A DNA stretch of 64,000 nucleotides. Origin: a virus. The notes beneath the pieces are model-generated. The model saw nothing but the letters and a program-made list of their open reading frames with translations, searched no databases and was not told where the DNA came from. Numbering within the stretch: the first letter of the stretch is position 1; every line of letters starts with the position of its first letter. The DNA is taken from positions 1-64,000 of the IMG/VR virus record IMGVR_UViG_3300032308_001297. The stretch is one strand, 5' to 3'. Positions 26,643 through 35,754 of this stretch are shown piece after piece. The position numbers and the translations under genes were made by a program.

Positions 26643-27187
26643 TGGAAAACATTAACAAATTTATTAAATTTGCTGCAAAAGAATTACAATTGTCTTCTTT
26701 ACCAAAAATACATTTAGTTGGTAAAGAAGAAGATAAATATAATGCTTTTGGTCATTCTAAAGACGATGCAATTTGGGTGAGAGTTACTGGTAGACATCCA
26801 GGTGATATTATGAGAACTATTGCGCATGAATTAACTCATTTTAGTCAGAACCACAAGGGAACAAAAGGCGATAAAATGAGAGAAGATCAAGCTAACGCTC
26901 TTGCTGGTAGAATAATGAGAAAATTTAATACAGAAAATCCAGAAATATTTAAAGACGCTCCTATTCCAGAAGAAGTAGGTTCAATGATCCATAACAACCT
27001 TATGGGCGCTTCATCTTCAACTCAGGGAACTGGTGCTATTGCTACTATTGATCCTCTTATTAAACCTAAAAATAAACAAAATAATTTTCTTACTCAACGT
27101 GTTCATGATATGAAAAAACTTTCCGACATTATTGGTAGTAATTCCACTCTGAAAAAGCTCAACACTAAATTCAAGAGAACACAATAA
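26642..27187 (+). CDS. HExxH zincin-like metallopeptidase-domain protein
   Basis: DIMRTIAHELTH...EDQANALAGRIMR. Confidence 0.7.
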   Translation: MENINKFIKFAAKELQLSSLPKIHLVGKEEDKYNAFGHSKDDAIWVRVTGRHPGDIMRTIAHELTHFSQNHKGTKGDKMREDQANALAGRIMRKFNTENPEIFKDAPIPEEVGSMIHNNLMGASSSTQGTGAIATIDPLIKPKNKQNNFLTQRVHDMKKLSDIIGSNSTLKKLNTKFKRTQ

Positions 27188-27528
27188 TGCCAGATTTAGA
27201 GTTCAGACAGTCTAAAATAGAAGACGCTATAACAAAACTTACTGAAATCTCTTCTGATCTCAACAAAATGGTTGCGGTCCATGAATTACGTATAACTCAT
27301 CAAGAAAAAATTACTGATAGCATAGAAATAATTCTTGAAAAAAGAAGAGATGAATACGAGGCTCGTGAATCAAAAATATACGACCACGTAGACCAATCTT
27401 ATGACAAATTATCTAAAAAGATAACTGATCTAGAAAAAATGATGTGGATCTATGGTGGTGGTTTTGCGCTTGCTGCTTTCGTTATTGCCAACTGGGGAGA
27501 CGTCGCGAAACTCCTAATAAAAAATTAA
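27187..27528 (+). CDS. coiled-coil protein with C-terminal TM helix
   Basis: KMVAVHELRI coiled coil; WIYGGGFALAAFVI TM segment. Confidence 0.65.
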   Translation: MPDLEFRQSKIEDAITKLTEISSDLNKMVAVHELRITHQEKITDSIEIILEKRRDEYEARESKIYDHVDQSYDKLSKKITDLEKMMWIYGGGFALAAFVIANWGDVAKLLIKN

Positions 27529-27529
27529 T

Positions 27530-27557
27530 TTGTCTTTTTTGAGAAAACCAGTATAAT
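27530..27557 (+). promoter_or_regulatory. sigma70-like promoter upstream of the primase
   Basis: TTGTCT-N16-TATAAT. Confidence 0.5.
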
Positions 27558-27586
27558 CATATGTGAGGTTATATCATGGAGTTATT

Positions 27587-28612
27587 ATGGATTGGCTTGC
27601 CCACAAGTATATTGGTATTGTTTCTACTCGCTTAGAGAAATTCAGACGTAAGAGTTCTAATCTTTATAATTTTCGCTGTCCTATTTGCGGAGATTCAGAA
27701 ACACATCAAAATAAAGCTCGAGGATACATCTACCAGAAAGACGGTAAGATGATGTTCCACTGTCACAATTGTGGCGCTACAATGGGAATTCCTAACTTTA
27801 TTAAGATGCTAGATGCTAACCTATATAATGAATATCAAATGGAAAGGCTGCAAGATAAAAAGCCTCCAGAGCAAGATGATTATGAAAAGTTTGTAGAAAA
27901 AATGCGTAAGCCAGTGTTTATGACATCTGGTCCATTGAAAGGTCTTAAGAAGGTTAGTCAATTATCTCCTGATCATCCTATTAAGAAATTCGTAGTAGAA
28001 AGAAAGATTCCCAATGTTTACCATTCCAAGTTATTCGCATGTCCTAATTTTAAGCATTATGTTAATAATTTGGTTCCCGACAAGTTTCCAGCTGAGTCTA
28101 TGGCTCGCGATGAGACAAGGTTGCTTATCCCTTTTCTGGATGTTAATAAATCCGTTCATGCCTTCCAAGGAAGAGCTCTTGGGAGATCTAACAAAGTTAA
28201 ATACATTACAATTATACTTAACGATAATATACCTAAACTTTATGGCTTGGACACTGTCGATCGTAACAGAATTATACCTGTCCTTGAGGGTCCGATTGAT
28301 AGTATGTTTGTTCCTAATTCTATTGCTACTGCTGGAGGTGATCTGGTTAGCGCAATTAGAGATTTTGACAAATCCGGACTTACAATCGTATATGACAACG
28401 AGCCTCGGTCTATAGAGACTAAGAAAAAACTTGACAAGGCGATAATGAACGGGTATAATGTCTGCATTTGGCCAGAGAATTTAGATCATAAAGATGTTAA
28501 TGATATGATTCTTGCCGGTATGTCTTCGGAGTTTATTGATTATATCATCAAGCAAAACACTCATAAAGATCTTGCAGCCAAGTTGGCTCTGCAAAAATGG
28601 AGTAAAGTATGA
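27587..28612 (+). CDS. gp61: DNA primase
   Basis: CPICGDS..CHNC zinc finger, EGPIDS, YDNEPR, KDVNDM TOPRIM motifs. Confidence 0.95.
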   Translation: MDWLAHKYIGIVSTRLEKFRRKSSNLYNFRCPICGDSETHQNKARGYIYQKDGKMMFHCHNCGATMGIPNFIKMLDANLYNEYQMERLQDKKPPEQDDYEKFVEKMRKPVFMTSGPLKGLKKVSQLSPDHPIKKFVVERKIPNVYHSKLFACPNFKHYVNNLVPDKFPAESMARDETRLLIPFLDVNKSVHAFQGRALGRSNKVKYITIILNDNIPKLYGLDTVDRNRIIPVLEGPIDSMFVPNSIATAGGDLVSAIRDFDKSGLTIVYDNEPRSIETKKKLDKAIMNGYNVCIWPENLDHKDVNDMILAGMSSEFIDYIIKQNTHKDLAAKLALQKWSKV

Positions 28613-28821
28613 AATTCGTTAAATTGACAAACACTGGAAGATATAGAGGCGATCCGTTATATATTAATTTAGATTGGATTGTTAGCGTTTTTGAAGAAGC
28701 TAGTGAACAGTATGGTTCTTTGTCCACAGTAGTTTTTGGTGGTCCTGGTAATGGTACACGTTGGGTTGTGGAAGAATCAGCAAAAGAAGTTTTGAAGAAA
28801 ATTGAAGAGGCTAGTCAATGA
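28609..28821 (+). CDS. FlbD/SwrD-like small protein
   Basis: MKFVKLT..G.PLYIN.DWI..V...VEES..EVLKKI pattern. Confidence 0.45.
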   Translation: MKFVKLTNTGRYRGDPLYINLDWIVSVFEEASEQYGSLSTVVFGGPGNGTRWVVEESAKEVLKKIEEASQ

Positions 28822-29072
28822 GAGTTCGTAAGAAACCAGTTGAAGTAGAAGCAATGTTTTTTACTGAAAATAAAGCAAAAGAAATTTCTGATTGGTGCAA
28901 TGGTCTTTTAGTTTCTCGTGGAGAAAACACGCAACCATTTATTCAAATCATGACACTAGAAGGTATAATGACTGCACGTCTTGGAGATTATATAATTAAA
29001 GGAGTGTATGGGGAGTTTTATTCATGCACCCCTGCTGTTTTCGAAAAGACTTATGAGGTAATAAATGAATGA
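28818..29072 (+). CDS. conserved phage protein (KKPVEVEA / GDYIIKG family)
   Basis: RKKPVEVEA..TLEG.M....GDYIIKGV.GEFY..FEKTYE. Confidence 0.75.
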   Translation: MRVRKKPVEVEAMFFTENKAKEISDWCNGLLVSRGENTQPFIQIMTLEGIMTARLGDYIIKGVYGEFYSCTPAVFEKTYEVINE

Positions 29073-29793
29073 AGCTAAGATCATTGCTATTACGCAACCA
29101 TCATTAAGATTAGATTCCCCACATGATAAATCAGGAGAAGCAATGACTGCTGAAGGGTTTATTGCTTACACGGCCAGAGTGTCTAATCCATCCAATCAGC
29201 ATAATACATTAACAGCTTCTAAACTTTTAAGTTATTTGATTAAGAACAAACACTGGTCGCCTTTCGAGATGGTCAGTGTAGTAATGGAAATAAATACCAC
29301 ACGAGATATTGCTAGACAAATTCTTAGACATAGATCGTTTTCATTTCAGGAATTCAGCCAGCGTTATGCTGATCCAACTTCGGACCTTGGGTTTGTTGAA
29401 AGAGAAACAAGACTCCAGGACCAGAAGAACAGACAGAATTCTATTGAAACAAATGATGAAAATTTGCAGAAGTGTTGGTATGCTAAACAGAAGCAACAGA
29501 TACATGAAGCTAAGTTAGCATATAAGTGGGCGATTGAGAATGGTGTTGCAAAAGAACAAGCAAGAGCAGTGTTACCGGAAGGATTGACTGTTTCTAGAAT
29601 GTATATGTCAGGTACACTTCGTTCTTGGATTCATTACATTGACGTTAGAGCAGAAGCTGGCACACAGAAAGAACATCGTGAGGTTGCTATTTCTGCAAGG
29701 GAAGAAATTCTAAAACACTTCCCATCATTAAGTGGATATTGGTATTCTGCTGATATCATTGAAGATAAACCTTGGTGGAGGTTTTGGTCATGA
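29065..29793 (+). CDS. thyX: FAD-dependent thymidylate synthase
   Basis: HWSPFE, QILRHRSFSFQEFSQRY, EQARAVLP. Confidence 0.96.
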   Translation: MNEAKIIAITQPSLRLDSPHDKSGEAMTAEGFIAYTARVSNPSNQHNTLTASKLLSYLIKNKHWSPFEMVSVVMEINTTRDIARQILRHRSFSFQEFSQRYADPTSDLGFVERETRLQDQKNRQNSIETNDENLQKCWYAKQKQQIHEAKLAYKWAIENGVAKEQARAVLPEGLTVSRMYMSGTLRSWIHYIDVRAEAGTQKEHREVAISAREEILKHFPSLSGYWYSADIIEDKPWWRFWS

Positions 29794-30083
29794 GCAAAAT
29801 TGTTTTAGTTGAAACTGTTTCTACATTTCGTCATGTTTATGCTATAGAACTAAATGATGATGAACCGAATCATTACGCCCTTGATGATGTTGTATGCGAA
29901 ACATACCCAGTGGGTAAGTTAGAAGAATTTTCACAAGAACATATCAGTGAGGACGTATTTTCGCATAGGGTTGTTACAGAGGATGAATATATAAACCTGT
30001 TCGATGAGATGAATGATTATCTGAAAGAATGGACGCCGGAACAGAAAAAGAAATTTATTTTTAAAAGGAAGAACCAAGAATGA
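29790..30083 (+). CDS. hypothetical protein
   Basis: LVETVSTFRHVY..EFSQEH motif; coupled to its neighbours. Confidence 0.7.
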   Translation: MSKIVLVETVSTFRHVYAIELNDDEPNHYALDDVVCETYPVGKLEEFSQEHISEDVFSHRVVTEDEYINLFDEMNDYLKEWTPEQKKKFIFKRKNQE

Positions 30084-31966
30084 CAGACATGAATGTTTAC
30101 CAGCAATATATCCATAAATCACGCTATGCAAGATATCTTCCAGAAAAGAATCGAAGAGAACATTGGCATGAGACTGTTCAACGTTATGTTGATTACATTT
30201 TTGATAAAGTCAAGATTGACGATGAGAATTTAAAAAAAGAAGTATTCAACGCCATCCATAATCTTGAAGTAATGCCGTCAATGCGTGCATTGATGACTGC
30301 TGGCAAGGCTCTGGATCGTGATAATGTTGCTGGTTATAATTGTTCTTATTTACCTATTGACGACCCTAAAGCATTCGACGAAGCCATGTGTATTCTTATG
30401 AATGGTACTGGTGTTGGTTTCTCTGTTGAGCGTCAATATGTAAATAAACTACCAGAAATTCCTGAACAACTTTATGATTGTGATACTCTTATTACAGTTC
30501 GCGATAGTAAAGAAGGTTGGTCAAAAGCATTGCGTATGCTTATTTCACTTCTATATGCTGGCGAAATACCAAAGTGGGATTTAAGCGCATTAAGACCAGC
30601 TGGTGCTCCACTAAAAACATTTGGTGGACGTTCATCTGGTCCAGAACCATTAAACGATTTGTTTAAGTTTGTTATTCGTATATTTAAAAATGCACACGGT
30701 CGACGTTTGACTTCGTTAGAATGTCATGACATTATGTGTAAGATCGGCGAAGTAGTTGTTGTTGGTGGCGTTCGTCGTTCTGCCATGATTTCTTTATCAA
30801 ATCTTAGTGATGATCGTATGCGTCACGCTAAAGCAGGACAATGGTGGGAAGCAAATGTTCAAAGAGCTCTTTCAAACAATTCAGCAGTTTATACAGAAAA
30901 ACCAGAAGTCGGGCAATTTATGTCAGAATGGCTCGCAATCTATGAATCAAAGTCTGGAGAACGAGGAATCTTCTCAAGAGATGCCTCTCAGCGAGTGGCA
31001 AAGAAAAACGGAAGAAGAGATCCTAATTACGAATTCGGCACTAATCCCTGTTCTGAAATTATCCTCCGACCATATCAATTCTGTAATCTCACGGAAGTCG
31101 TTATCAGAGCTACTGATACTGAAAAAACTCTCGCTAGCAAGATTAGAATTGCAACAATCCTTGGAACGTTCCAATCAACAATGACTCATTTCCCATATCT
31201 ACGTAAGATATGGCAGAAAAATACAGAAGAAGAAAGACTACTTGGTGTTTCATTTACAGGCATTTATGATTGTCCGTTAATGAATGATTATAATGATCCT
31301 AATTTGCCTGAACGTTTAGAAAAGCTACGTCAGGTTGCTGTTGATACAAATAAAGAATGGAGTGAAAAACTTGGAATTAATCAATCAGTTGCAATTACTT
31401 GTGTCAAGCCATCCGGTACTGTTAGTCAACTTGTTCTTAGTCCTAGCGGTATTCATCCTGGTCACGATCGTTATTATGTCAGACGTGTTCGCTCTGACAA
31501 CAAAGATCCTCTTACTAAGCATCTTATTGACGCTGGCGTTCCTAACGAGCCTGATGTCACTAAGCCTCATAGTACTACCGTTTTTTCTTTCCCAATGAAT
31601 TTACCAGAAACTTCAATTACAAGAGAAAGTGTATCAGCTATTGATCATCTAGAACTTTGGTTGAAGTATCAGCGTCATTGGTGTGAGCATAAACCATCAG
31701 TTACCATTAACGTAACAGAAGCAGAATGGCCACGTGTTGGTGCATGGGTTTATGATCACTTTGACGAAATGTCCGGCGTATCATTCCTACCTTATGATGG
31801 AGGAACTTATCGTCAGGCGCCATATGAAACGATCACTAAAGAAGAGTATGATTCTACAATTATAAATATACCAAAATTAGTTGATTGGGATGCTCTTATT
31901 GAAATGCAAGATAATGTGGAAGGAGTACAAACGCTCGCATGCACATCAGGTAATTGCGAAATCTAA
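30080..31966 (+). CDS. nrdJ: class II (adenosylcobalamin-dependent) ribonucleotide reductase
   Basis: MPSMR, YNCSY, VVVGGVRRSA, GTNPCSEI, QFCNLTE, CVKPSGT, C-terminal ACTSGNCE. Confidence 0.95.
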   Translation: MTDMNVYQQYIHKSRYARYLPEKNRREHWHETVQRYVDYIFDKVKIDDENLKKEVFNAIHNLEVMPSMRALMTAGKALDRDNVAGYNCSYLPIDDPKAFDEAMCILMNGTGVGFSVERQYVNKLPEIPEQLYDCDTLITVRDSKEGWSKALRMLISLLYAGEIPKWDLSALRPAGAPLKTFGGRSSGPEPLNDLFKFVIRIFKNAHGRRLTSLECHDIMCKIGEVVVVGGVRRSAMISLSNLSDDRMRHAKAGQWWEANVQRALSNNSAVYTEKPEVGQFMSEWLAIYESKSGERGIFSRDASQRVAKKNGRRDPNYEFGTNPCSEIILRPYQFCNLTEVVIRATDTEKTLASKIRIATILGTFQSTMTHFPYLRKIWQKNTEEERLLGVSFTGIYDCPLMNDYNDPNLPERLEKLRQVAVDTNKEWSEKLGINQSVAITCVKPSGTVSQLVLSPSGIHPGHDRYYVRRVRSDNKDPLTKHLIDAGVPNEPDVTKPHSTTVFSFPMNLPETSITRESVSAIDHLELWLKYQRHWCEHKPSVTINVTEAEWPRVGAWVYDHFDEMSGVSFLPYDGGTYRQAPYETITKEEYDSTIINIPKLVDWDALIEMQDNVEGVQTLACTSGNCEI

Positions 31967-31978
31967 AAAGGAAAAATA

Positions 31979-32164
31979 ATGAGAATAGATTCGGAACTAT
32001 TTGATTTATGTAAAGACTTCATTAGAGAAAACGAAATAACCTCGAGCGACTCTCTTTACGATAGAGATTCTCTTCAATTACAAGCATTAGAACTATTAGA
32101 ACAAATTTGTGATCTTATTGGTTACCACGAGGATGAAGAAGAATTAGGTTTTGAAGAGGAATAA
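31979..32164 (+). CDS. small acidic hypothetical protein
   Basis: 61-aa ORF with AAGGA SD. Confidence 0.6.
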   Translation: MRIDSELFDLCKDFIRENEITSSDSLYDRDSLQLQALELLEQICDLIGYHEDEEELGFEEE

Positions 32165-32188
32165 ATATCCCGAAGGAGTTTCGGGATG
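32160..32188 (+). promoter_or_regulatory. late promoter plus RBS/start-codon-sequestering hairpin
   Basis: AATAAATA at 32160; ATCCCGAA-GGAGT-TTCGGGAT stem includes the AT of the ATG at 32186. Confidence 0.7.
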
Positions 32189-32596
32189 TCATGGATATAT
32201 AATGGTGATGTTGTGGAAGAGATTGGTAATTATATTGGTTTTGTTTATATGATTACCAATCTACGAACAAATAAAAGATACATTGGTAAGAAAAACTTTT
32301 ATTTCTCAAAAACCAAACAAATTAAAGGTAAGAAAAAAAGATTCAAAGTAGAGTCTGATTGGAGAGACTACTTTGGTTCTAATGATGAACTCAATCATCA
32401 CGTTAATATAATCGGCGAAACTCAATTCAAAAGAGAAATCCTTAGATTTTGCACTTCTAAAGGCGAAATGTCATATTTCGAAGCAAAATATCAATTTCAA
32501 TACGATGTTTTAGAATCAGATCAATTTTATAACAGCTGGATCTCTTGTAAGATACATAAAAAGCATTTGACTTTTCTGAAAAAGAAGGTATTATAA
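32186..32596 (+). CDS. GIY-YIG nuclease
   Basis: GFVYMITN..KRYIGKK, ESDWRDYFGS, FYN. Confidence 0.85.
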   Translation: MSWIYNGDVVEEIGNYIGFVYMITNLRTNKRYIGKKNFYFSKTKQIKGKKKRFKVESDWRDYFGSNDELNHHVNIIGETQFKREILRFCTSKGEMSYFEAKYQFQYDVLESDQFYNSWISCKIHKKHLTFLKKKVL

Positions 32597-33282
32597 TGTA
32601 TAATTTTGACGATGATGCTTTGGAAAAGGCTATAGTCATAAAAAATGTTTTACCTGTAGATTATTTTAATTATGTCAAATCTTCTATTTGTTATAACCCC
32701 AAATTTCCATGGAATCTTTTTTCTTTAGGTAAAAGAGAAAAACTTATAGAACCTGGATATCCTTTCTTTTATAACTATCAAACAAAACAATATTCTTCTG
32801 AGAACAAATACGAAACTAGCTTTGAACATTTAGCAGTCAAAGACGGAGTTTCTTTAACAGAATATGGAGATCTTGGAAAACAAGTTCTTTGTAAAATATC
32901 TGAAAACATTAGTATGAAACTAAGGCGTATCTTTAGAATAAGATATGGCTTGCTTTTACCAAACGAAGATGGTAAGATAATAAACCATCCCCATGTAGAT
33001 ACAGAACATAAACATTTAGTGGGATTGTTGTATCTCACAACTAGTGATGGTGAAACAGTTTTATACAATCAAACGTATGATTACTCTACTGCAGAATCAA
33101 AAACAAGCGTTCATACTTTTAAACAAATTTTAGAAGATGGAGGATTTACTGTTAGAGAGAAAATCAAATCTGTAGAAAACACTTTTGTTATTTTTCAAGG
33201 ATGGCGATTTCATTCTAGTACTTGCCCTACAGACGTTGAAGAAAGAATGACTATCAATTTTAACTTTGATTTGGAGGTGTGA
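32596..33282 (+). CDS. 2OG-Fe(II) oxygenase
   Basis: HPHVD, LLYL..DGET, FHSS.CP...RMTINFN. Confidence 0.8.
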   Translation: MYNFDDDALEKAIVIKNVLPVDYFNYVKSSICYNPKFPWNLFSLGKREKLIEPGYPFFYNYQTKQYSSENKYETSFEHLAVKDGVSLTEYGDLGKQVLCKISENISMKLRRIFRIRYGLLLPNEDGKIINHPHVDTEHKHLVGLLYLTTSDGETVLYNQTYDYSTAESKTSVHTFKQILEDGGFTVREKIKSVENTFVIFQGWRFHSSTCPTDVEERMTINFNFDLEV

Positions 33283-33283
33283 G

Positions 33284-33382
33284 ATGTCATGGCCACACAA
33301 GAATCGTCCTCGTAAGGGACGTAGAAAGATCGGCTCAACAAAACGTAAATCACGTAGGTTGAAAGGTCGTAAGAAGAAGTAA
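33284..33382 (+). CDS. very basic 32-aa peptide, not in the ORF track
   Basis: MSWPHKNRPRKGRRKIGSTKRKSRRLKGRKKK; GGAGG SD; fills the gap exactly. Confidence 0.7.
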   Translation: MSWPHKNRPRKGRRKIGSTKRKSRRLKGRKKK

Positions 33383-33383
33383 A

Positions 33384-33839
33384 ATGAAACTGAATCTGGA
33401 CCATGTTAGAGAATATATTAATGAAACTTCTTTATCGACTAGAATCTATATTGGTTCAGATTCAGCAAGATTTAAAAAAGGTGATGTTTGGTTTGCTGAG
33501 TATGCTACTGTTGTTGTCATTCATTACGATGGCTGTAGAGGTTGTAAAATATTTGGCCAACTAGAAAAAGAGAGAGATTATGATCAGAAACGTGATAAGC
33601 CACGTATGCGTCTTATGAATGAAGTTATAAAGACGGCGCAAATGTATATTGAACTAGAAGAATCAATTGGGCAACGTCACGTAGAAATACATTTGGATAT
33701 TAATCCAAACGAGAAATATGGTTCTCATTGTGTGATTTCAGAAGCAGTAGGTTATATTAAAGGGATGTGCAACGTAACTCCTTTTGTTAAACCAAAAGCC
33801 TTCGCTGCCAGCATAGCGGCCGACCGTTTATTGGCATAA
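33384..33839 (+). CDS. RNase H-like YkuK family protein
   Basis: IYIGSDS, RLMNEV, EIHLDIN, KPKAFAASIAAD. Confidence 0.85.
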   Translation: MKLNLDHVREYINETSLSTRIYIGSDSARFKKGDVWFAEYATVVVIHYDGCRGCKIFGQLEKERDYDQKRDKPRMRLMNEVIKTAQMYIELEESIGQRHVEIHLDINPNEKYGSHCVISEAVGYIKGMCNVTPFVKPKAFAASIAADRLLA

Positions 33840-33842
33840 TTA

Positions 33843-33919
33843 GGGAATGTAGCACAATTGGTTAGTGCCGTTCGCTCATAACGGACTGGTTGTAGGTTCG
33901 AGTCCTACCGTTCCCACCA
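33843..33919 (+). tRNA. tRNA with CAT anticodon (elongator Met or Ile2)
   Basis: GGGAATG/CGTTCCC acceptor, CTCATAA loop, GGTTCGAGTCC T arm, encoded CCA. Confidence 0.92.
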
Positions 33920-33936
33920 ATCATAAAGGAAAAAGT

Positions 33937-34350
33937 ATGAAATATATTATTGCACTAGTAGCAATACTAGTAACTACAACTGCGCAAGCAGGGTTTATAG
34001 ATGATCTATTTGGTGGATTCGAACAATCACAGGTTCGAAATTCCAAATATAATAAGCATTCCAAGCATATAAATAATTATTCCACTGGTGGCGGACACAA
34101 CGCCTCGTGGTATAATGACCGGAGCGGACGGACAGCATCCGGTATGCGTCACCATTATGGTGTTGCGCATAAAACCTTACCGTTTGGTGCAAGGGTTTGT
34201 ATCCACAATCCCTCAAATGGTAGGCAAGTAGAAGCCGTTGTAACCGATAGAGGGCCATTCGTCAAAGGAAGAACTATTGACGTCAATCAAAATGTGGCTC
34301 GTGCCCTTGGTTTCTCAGGAACCGCACATCTAAATTACCATCCGTGTTGA
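33937..34350 (+). CDS. secreted RlpA-like lytic transglycosylase (DPBB)
   Basis: Signal peptide; ASWY, HKTLPFG, VTDRGPF, IDV. Confidence 0.88.
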   Translation: MKYIIALVAILVTTTAQAGFIDDLFGGFEQSQVRNSKYNKHSKHINNYSTGGGHNASWYNDRSGRTASGMRHHYGVAHKTLPFGARVCIHNPSNGRQVEAVVTDRGPFVKGRTIDVNQNVARALGFSGTAHLNYHPC

Positions 34351-34385
34351 GGGTCGGTTGCACATAACAGAAAGGTAAATTCCAT

Positions 34386-34913
34386 ATGAAGAAGATTATT
34401 CTAGCTGCGATGACAGCAGCTGCTATGCTTGCATTTGCAAGTTCGGCGGAAGCAAGAGTTCATTACGGCAAACGTAGTCAGTATTCAGCAAATCTCGAAG
34501 AACCAGATACACTAGTATCGATCTTCGATGGTTGGGGGGATGTTACTCCTCAGCTACGTTTTAAAAACAAACGACAGGCTCGCGAATACGGCGAGCGTAG
34601 AGAAGCAAACTATGGTTTTGAGCGTGCCGATGAATCTTATTCGGGTTCAATCGTAGCTCTTGGTCATCAGCTTCAGCATCAGGGTCTCCGTGTGTCTGAG
34701 CATCCATCATTTGGTGGAGTGCACCATGTTCATCATGGCTGGGCGCACTACGCAGGACGTGCGATCGACATAAATGTTGGTCGTGGAGTTTACGAGGCTC
34801 ATTCAGCGTATGCACATAATTTTGATCATCTCGCTGCACAATTAAGGTCAGAGGGATACACAGTCCTTTGGCGTGTTCCTGGTCATTATAACCATATGCA
34901 CGTTCAAAAATAA
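34386..34913 (+). CDS. secreted M15/LAS-type metallopeptidase-like protein
   Basis: Signal peptide (AEA); HYAGRAIDI and HYNHMHV motifs. Confidence 0.65.
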   Translation: MKKIILAAMTAAAMLAFASSAEARVHYGKRSQYSANLEEPDTLVSIFDGWGDVTPQLRFKNKRQAREYGERREANYGFERADESYSGSIVALGHQLQHQGLRVSEHPSFGGVHHVHHGWAHYAGRAIDINVGRGVYEAHSAYAHNFDHLAAQLRSEGYTVLWRVPGHYNHMHVQK

Positions 34914-34919
34914 CAACGA

Positions 34920-34947
34920 GGGTGGCAATGTCCGTGCCACCCTTTTT
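34920..34947 (+). terminator. intrinsic terminator
   Basis: GGGTGGCA-atgtccg-TGCCACCC-TTTTT. Confidence 0.8.
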
Positions 34948-34964
34948 CTTAACGGGAGGATAAT

Positions 34965-35531
34965 TTGAATATAGAAAAAGAAAAAGACGCTCAAGATATT
35001 CCTGATATTGAAGCACATCACTATTATCTATTCAATTCTACATTCGATGCAAGTTCTACTGGCGATGCTTTGAAATTCATTCTTGCCCGTAATCTAATAA
35101 AAAAAGATCGCCCGAAGTTTATGAAATTTATCATTAATTCTCCAGGTGGTGAAGTTCCTTCTGCATTTGCTCTCATCGACACGATGAAGGGTTCAAAGAT
35201 TCCGGTATACACATATGGTCTTGGTGAAATTGCTTCTTGTGGTTTACTTACGTTTATGTCTGGAGAAAAAGGACATCGTTACATTACTCGAAATACCGCA
35301 ATTCTATCCCACCAGTTCTCATGGGGATCTATGGGTAAAGAACACGAATTGATGGCATCGGTTAAAGAGTTTAACAATACCAGTCAGCGTATCGTAGATC
35401 ACTATCGTAAATGCACTGGACAGACAGAAGCAGTTATTAAGAAATTTTTACTACCACCAGAAGATGTTTGGCTAACTCCCAAGGAGGCAATAAAATATGG
35501 CATCGCGGATCACATTGTGGATTTTTATTGA
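34965..35531 (+). CDS. clpP: ClpP-like protease
   Basis: INSPGG, IASCG, ILSHQ, DVWLTPKEAIKYGIAD. Confidence 0.88.
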   Translation: MNIEKEKDAQDIPDIEAHHYYLFNSTFDASSTGDALKFILARNLIKKDRPKFMKFIINSPGGEVPSAFALIDTMKGSKIPVYTYGLGEIASCGLLTFMSGEKGHRYITRNTAILSHQFSWGSMGKEHELMASVKEFNNTSQRIVDHYRKCTGQTEAVIKKFLLPPEDVWLTPKEAIKYGIADHIVDFY

Positions 35532-35733
35532 GTGGCTAGCAACTGTAGTTTTGATAGTTGGAGTGGCGCTAACGTCATGGAACATATATCCAGCTAATAT
35601 ATACGTAAGTGCTGCTGGAAATTTACTATGGTTTGTAGTGGGTTGGCTCTGGAGAAAATGGTCTCTTATTACCATCCAAATCATAGTTACTGGTATATAC
35701 TTGGTAGGAATGTGGAAGTATTGGTTCTTATAA
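35497..35733 (+). CDS. small multi-pass membrane protein
   Basis: Three hydrophobic segments; IYPAN motif. Confidence 0.6.
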   Translation: MASRITLWIFIEWLATVVLIVGVALTSWNIYPANIYVSAAGNLLWFVVGWLWRKWSLITIQIIVTGIYLVGMWKYWFL

Positions 35734-35736
35734 ATA
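35729..35736 (+). promoter_or_regulatory. T4-type late promoter
   Basis: TATAAATA before the nucleotidyltransferase gene. Confidence 0.7.
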
Positions 35737-35754
35737 ATGCAAAAAGGAATCAGT

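Noticed and set aside
6825-31966. Inteins or group I introns in gp43, gp41, thyX or nrdJ
   Set aside because: All are uninterrupted and of normal length.
33865-33936. N-terminal extension of the RlpA-like ORF through the CAT tRNA
   Set aside because: A better ATG at 33937 has an AAGGA SD and begins a signal peptide, so no overlap is needed.
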